Part shown: piece by piece, positions 60,246 to 64,000 of the stretch
How the letters are laid out: every line of letters begins with the position of its first letter
Position numbering within the stretch: position 1 is the stretch's first letter
Source: Thermoplasmata archaeon
GTDB lineage: Archaea; Thermoplasmatota; Thermoplasmata; Thermoplasmatales; GCA-001856825
Reading direction: 5' to 3'
Length of the DNA stretch: 64,000 nucleotides
Assembly (NCBI GenBank): GCA_021792255.1
Contig: JAJYUZ010000003.1
Span: 224,001 to 288,000, forward strand
Position numbers and translations under genes: made by a program
Notes under the pieces: model-generated
What the model saw: only the letters and a program-made list of their open reading frames with translations
Database searches by the model: none
What the model was told of the DNA's origin: nothing

Positions 60246-61490
60246 TTATCCCGATTTGTAACTCAGGAATTCCTTCCCCAGCAGCTCTCTCGCGATTATG
60301 AGTTTCATTATGTTTGTTCCTCCTTCGGCCCCTACGTAATATGACATCACTCCGCCCTGCGCAGCCCCCAGAGGAAGATCCTTCGTATAGGCTAGGGCAC
60401 CATGCCACACCATGATCTTTGTTACTATCTCGTGTGCGGTTGGAGGTGCTGTCATTTTAGCGAGTGAGATTGCTAAGTTCTGCTCGGTCAGCGGCACTTT
60501 TTCTTTGCTTCTATATACTCTATCAAGTATCCAGGCTGCTTTCTGAGTGAGAAGTCTTGAAGACTCTAACTTACCGTACATTTCAGCAAGCTCGAATTGC
60601 AATCCTTCCTGTTTTCCAAGGGGCTGATTGAACAGAATCCTGTTCTTGAGATGCTCCCTCCCCATAGATATTGCTTCGAGTGCTGCACCGTTGCACGCGG
60701 CAGCGACGTATATTCTTGCGATGTTGAACCCTTCCATTATTATGTGAAATCCTTGACCAATTTCCCCGACTCTGTATTTGTCTTCTAACTCGAGGTCATT
60801 GAAAGAAAACCCTCCCATGGATAGACCCTCCCTCGCAATATCTCTGAAGAGTGTAGTCGATACCATGTCATTCCTGCTACCATCCGTCTTCTTGATCATA
60901 AGTGCAAAAGTCGTGAATGCTTTCGGACCAAGACTCTTTTCTCCTGTCCTGAGCAAGGTAAGAAAGCCTCCACCTCCAGGCAAGGATGTCGCTTCCCTCA
61001 CTCCACTAATATAGACCTTTTCTCCTGAGGCTGACCAGATCTTTCCTTTCTTTACTGCGTTCGATTTCTCATTCATAACGTCCGATCCACCAGAAGACTC
61101 TGTGGATCCGATTCCAAGAAATGTTCTCCCTTTCACGATCGATGGGAGTATCTCTTGCTTTGCCTCTTCGCTCCCGTATTTTTCAAGCATTGCGGGCCAT
61201 CCGTTCAGTAGCAGAATGTATACAGGTAGAGCCATTGATACGTCCCCTCTAGCTAGCTCTTCTACTATTGCCGACATCTGCTGTATGGACCCACCAGCCC
61301 CACCATATTTCTCAGATACCGTGAATCCAATGAATCCTGCATCGGCAGCCCTCTGGATTAAATCTTCAGGAATCGAGGAGGCATAGGAAATCTTGTCTCT
61401 CCTAGGAATTATGTACTTTTGAACAAACTCTCTTGCGTTCTCTCTTACAAGTTCATCCTCTTCTGTGTTACTGAAGTCCATTACAATCAA
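60246..61490 (-). CDS. acyl-CoA dehydrogenase
   Basis: STESSGGSD, GEKVYISG, RILFNQPL, AEGGTNIMKLIIARE. Confidence 0.88.
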   Translation of the reverse strand: MIVMDFSNTEEDELVRENAREFVQKYIIPRRDKISYASSIPEDLIQRAADAGFIGFTVSEKYGGAGGSIQQMSAIVEELARGDVSMALPVYILLLNGWPAMLEKYGSEEAKQEILPSIVKGRTFLGIGSTESSGGSDVMNEKSNAVKKGKIWSASGEKVYISGVREATSLPGGGGFLTLLRTGEKSLGPKAFTTFALMIKKTDGSRNDMVSTTLFRDIAREGLSMGGFSFNDLELEDKYRVGEIGQGFHIIMEGFNIARIYVAAACNGAALEAISMGREHLKNRILFNQPLGKQEGLQFELAEMYGKLESSRLLTQKAAWILDRVYRSKEKVPLTEQNLAISLAKMTAPPTAHEIVTKIMVWHGALAYTKDLPLGAAQGGVMSYYVGAEGGTNIMKLIIARELLGKEFLSYKSG

Positions 61491-61731
61491 GTAGTGATAG
61501 TTTCTAAATATTTTAATCCTTGACTCCTCAATATTTATGTAATATATCCAGATCTAGCCTCATTTCGGATCTATAGCGTACACATACGTAATAGACATAG
61601 GAATTCTATCACCAGACATGGTGATAGGTCATCGCGAATAGCGAAGTTCCAGGACAGAGACTGGAAAATGGGAGGCCTATTCTGTAAAAATCAAGAAGTT
61701 AAGGTTTAATGGGTAAGCGTTCTATGATCTT

Positions 61732-62169
61732 CTAGATGGCCCGCTTGTTTACCAAGATCTTTTGACTTATCGCCATCACATTCACATTATCTTGGTTGTC
61801 TACTTCTATCATCAACTCCACCAGTCCATTTTTTTCCTTAGATTTCTTATTTTTCACAATGACGCGGCAAGTGAGTGTATCGCCTATTCTCACTGGCTTC
61901 TTTGCTTCAAATTGCAAACCAGCCATTGCAACAAAACCATCGTCAAATGGTCGGTTTGGAAGTTGATAAGAAAGACCAATAGCGATTGATGCCGTAAGCA
62001 TACCTGAGACAATTCTCCCTCTGAACCTAGTTCCTTCTGCATAGTTCTGATCGATGAAAAGGGGATTATAAGCTCCAGTCAAAGTAGAAAACAAGACACT
62101 ATCAGTCTCTGTAACTGTCCTTCCTTTCGTTTGAAAAGAGTCACCCAAATTAAATTCCTCAAAGTACAT
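61732..62169 (-). CDS. MaoC-family dehydratase
   Basis: YFEEF...GRTVTETD...TGAYNPLF...PVRIGDTL; ATG at 62169. Confidence 0.85.
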   Translation of the reverse strand: MYFEEFNLGDSFQTKGRTVTETDSVLFSTLTGAYNPLFIDQNYAEGTRFRGRIVSGMLTASIAIGLSYQLPNRPFDDGFVAMAGLQFEAKKPVRIGDTLTCRVIVKNKKSKEKNGLVELMIEVDNQDNVNVMAISQKILVNKRAI

Positions 62170-62366
62170 ATATTTTCGTGACTTTATAATTTTATATCCC
62201 TTAAACCTTTCTGATTTAAGTGAATCCGTCAATTGATTCGAAACGAGTACCTGTTTGACTTGGCTATTGCAAATCAAAGATTAGTCATTTAAGTTGAGGA
62301 TTACTCTTTGCGTCATGACTAATGAACCCTTCGAAGTCAATCCGTGCCAAAGATATGATGACTCAC

Positions 62367-63365
62367 TTAGTTTGTGGGGTAGCAGTTGATATTTTCTCCT
62401 GAATCGTCTACCATTATTTTGGCATCGTCTCTCAAAAAGATTATGTAAGAAAGCACTTCTCTCAAGGCAAGTACTTTGATGTGGGGAGAAAGTCCATTCC
62501 AAGGTCCAGAGCCCCAGCGAATATTGGCAGCAATTTTCTGAGGATTTGATACCCCGTTCTGAACCAGATGCTCAACCTCTGAAACTCTCTTCTCATGGTG
62601 CGCCATTATACCCTCTAACCTTTTCCGAGGTTCCGCAAAAGGAAGTTCATGCCCAGGAAGCGCGATTGATACGTCAAGTTCTTCGGCGAGGGCAAGAGAG
62701 GAAAAATAGTCCTTCAATGGGTTATGCCCTGAATAATATGGCCCAATGTTTGAATTTATTCTTGGCAACATAAAGTCTCCGGTTAGCAATGTTGTATCCT
62801 CTGGAATATACAGAGAGATGCTTCCAGGAGTATGGCCAGGCGTGAAGACGACTTTAAGAGAGATTTCGTCTACTAGAAAGGATTCCCCTCCTTTTAAGGG
62901 GTCAAAGCCTGAAATATCGATTCCATCATACGCACTGATTTTGTTCCTTTTTTCGAATCCATCGACCTCCTCAGGAGAGAGACCTGATTTGAGCAGAATT
63001 GAAGACAACCAGTCTACATACTTCATGTGGTTTTCCAGAACTTCCAATTCTTTCTTACTAAGATAAATACTGATCCCGAACTCACTTTTTAAATCCAAAG
63101 CTAAACCTAAGTGATCTTGGTGGTAGTGAGTGACAATGATTCCATTCAAATTTTGTATGGAATATCCTACTGAATCTAGCGCTCTTTTAAAGTTCAAAGA
63201 GTTAAATTCGTCGAGCCAGCCTGAATCTACGAGGAAGAAGCCCCTTTTGTTTCCAATAACATAGCAATTGCTGAATTTTACACTTCTTCCATTCGGTACT
63301 GGCACGCGTATTAAACTTATTCGACTCGATAGTTTCTCAGGTTGGAAATACTTGGCCCCTGGCAT
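62367..63365 (-). CDS. metallo-beta-lactamase-fold hydrolase
   Basis: THYHQDH, TPGHTPG, TGD, PGH. Confidence 0.9.
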   Translation of the reverse strand: MPGAKYFQPEKLSSRISLIRVPVPNGRSVKFSNCYVIGNKRGFFLVDSGWLDEFNSLNFKRALDSVGYSIQNLNGIIVTHYHQDHLGLALDLKSEFGISIYLSKKELEVLENHMKYVDWLSSILLKSGLSPEEVDGFEKRNKISAYDGIDISGFDPLKGGESFLVDEISLKVVFTPGHTPGSISLYIPEDTTLLTGDFMLPRINSNIGPYYSGHNPLKDYFSSLALAEELDVSIALPGHELPFAEPRKRLEGIMAHHEKRVSEVEHLVQNGVSNPQKIAANIRWGSGPWNGLSPHIKVLALREVLSYIIFLRDDAKIMVDDSGENINCYPTN

Positions 63366-63425
63366 TTTTACTCCGCAGCTAAGAGTGTCAACTATAGAAT
63401 AATCTGCCCTTCCGCAGTATTAATT

Positions 63426-64000
63426 CTAAATTACTCCCTCCTTACGCAATGAATCTAGCTGAACCTTGTCCTTTCCAAGTAATTCAGACAGTACGGCATC
63501 TGTATGTTCCCCCATCATAGGTGGAGGCAGATGAATTGAGCACTTCGACTCACTGAATTTAAACGGAATTCCCAAGAGTTTTAAAGATCCTATAGTTGGA
63601 TGTTTCACACTAGTTATCATTTCATTTGCCGCCAGCTGACTATCATTAAAAGCATCTTTGAGTGTTTTGACGGGTGCACAAGGGATATCGTTGCTTTCAA
63701 GAATCGCCAGCCACTCATCAGTAGTCTTTCTTTTAGTGACTTCGGAAATAATTCTTATCAGTTCTTCCCTGTTTACTACTCGGTTCTCGTTACTCTTGAA
63801 CCTGTCATCGTCTGCGATGCCCTCAAGTTCCAAAGTCGTACATATTCGTCTGAATAAGCTGTTTGTACCCCCTGCTATTACTATATAGCCATCCTTGCTT
63901 GGAAAAGCCTGATATGGTACAATCTGAGGATGACCTGAACCAAAGGGCTCAAAATCAACTCCACCATCAATGACTGGTACAGAATAATTGATTAGGAGGC
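63426..64000 (-). CDS. CaiB/BaiF CoA-transferase, 3' part; starts beyond the window
   Basis: GSGHPQIVPYQAF.SKDGY, DDRFKSN..RV.NR, PPMMGEHT. Confidence 0.88.
   Translation of the reverse strand, partial: LLINYSVPVIDGGVDFEPFGSGHPQIVPYQAFPSKDGYIVIAGGTNSLFRRICTTLELEGIADDDRFKSNENRVVNREELIRIISEVTKRKTTDEWLAILESNDIPCAPVKTLKDAFNDSQLAANEMITSVKHPTIGSLKLLGIPFKFSESKCSIHLPPPMMGEHTDAVLSELLGKDKVQLDSLRKEGVI

Noticed and set aside
1-64000. CRISPR arrays, rRNA genes, IS transposases, known defence systems
   Set aside because: None recognised by eye in the sequence or ORF track

Overview
Archaeal chromosome segment, most consistent with Thermoplasmata/Thermoplasmatales (inferred from gene content, not a database search). 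Left: a complete minimal dissimilatory sulfite reductase module (tusA-dsrA-dsrB-dsrM-dsrK-cobA-sirC, two divergent DsrE-family genes, dsrC and dsrN/cbiA) abutting the 3' end of tRNA-Asp. Its DsrAB has Thermoproteales-like cysteine motifs. Middle: housekeeping genes, including the HMG-CoA synthase/thiolase/DUF35 cluster with an apparently inactivated thiolase, rps12-rps7-EF2-(inserted Ni/Co-type permease)-EF1a-rps10, class II LysRS, Nnr, CBS-HPF, TldDE, SOD and quinone genes. A truncated integrative element (about 34.8-37.8 kb) has a tyrosine integrase whose 3' end runs into a modified tRNA-Pro, and it carries a paralogue of a host gene at 51 kb. Right: an accessory stretch next to tRNA-Gln with a triple NTF2-like secreted protein/ArsR/3-TM module and a Mg-type NRAMP preceded by a strongly structured, switch-like leader of about 180 nt, then acyl-CoA metabolism genes. 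All family calls are from motif recognition by eye.
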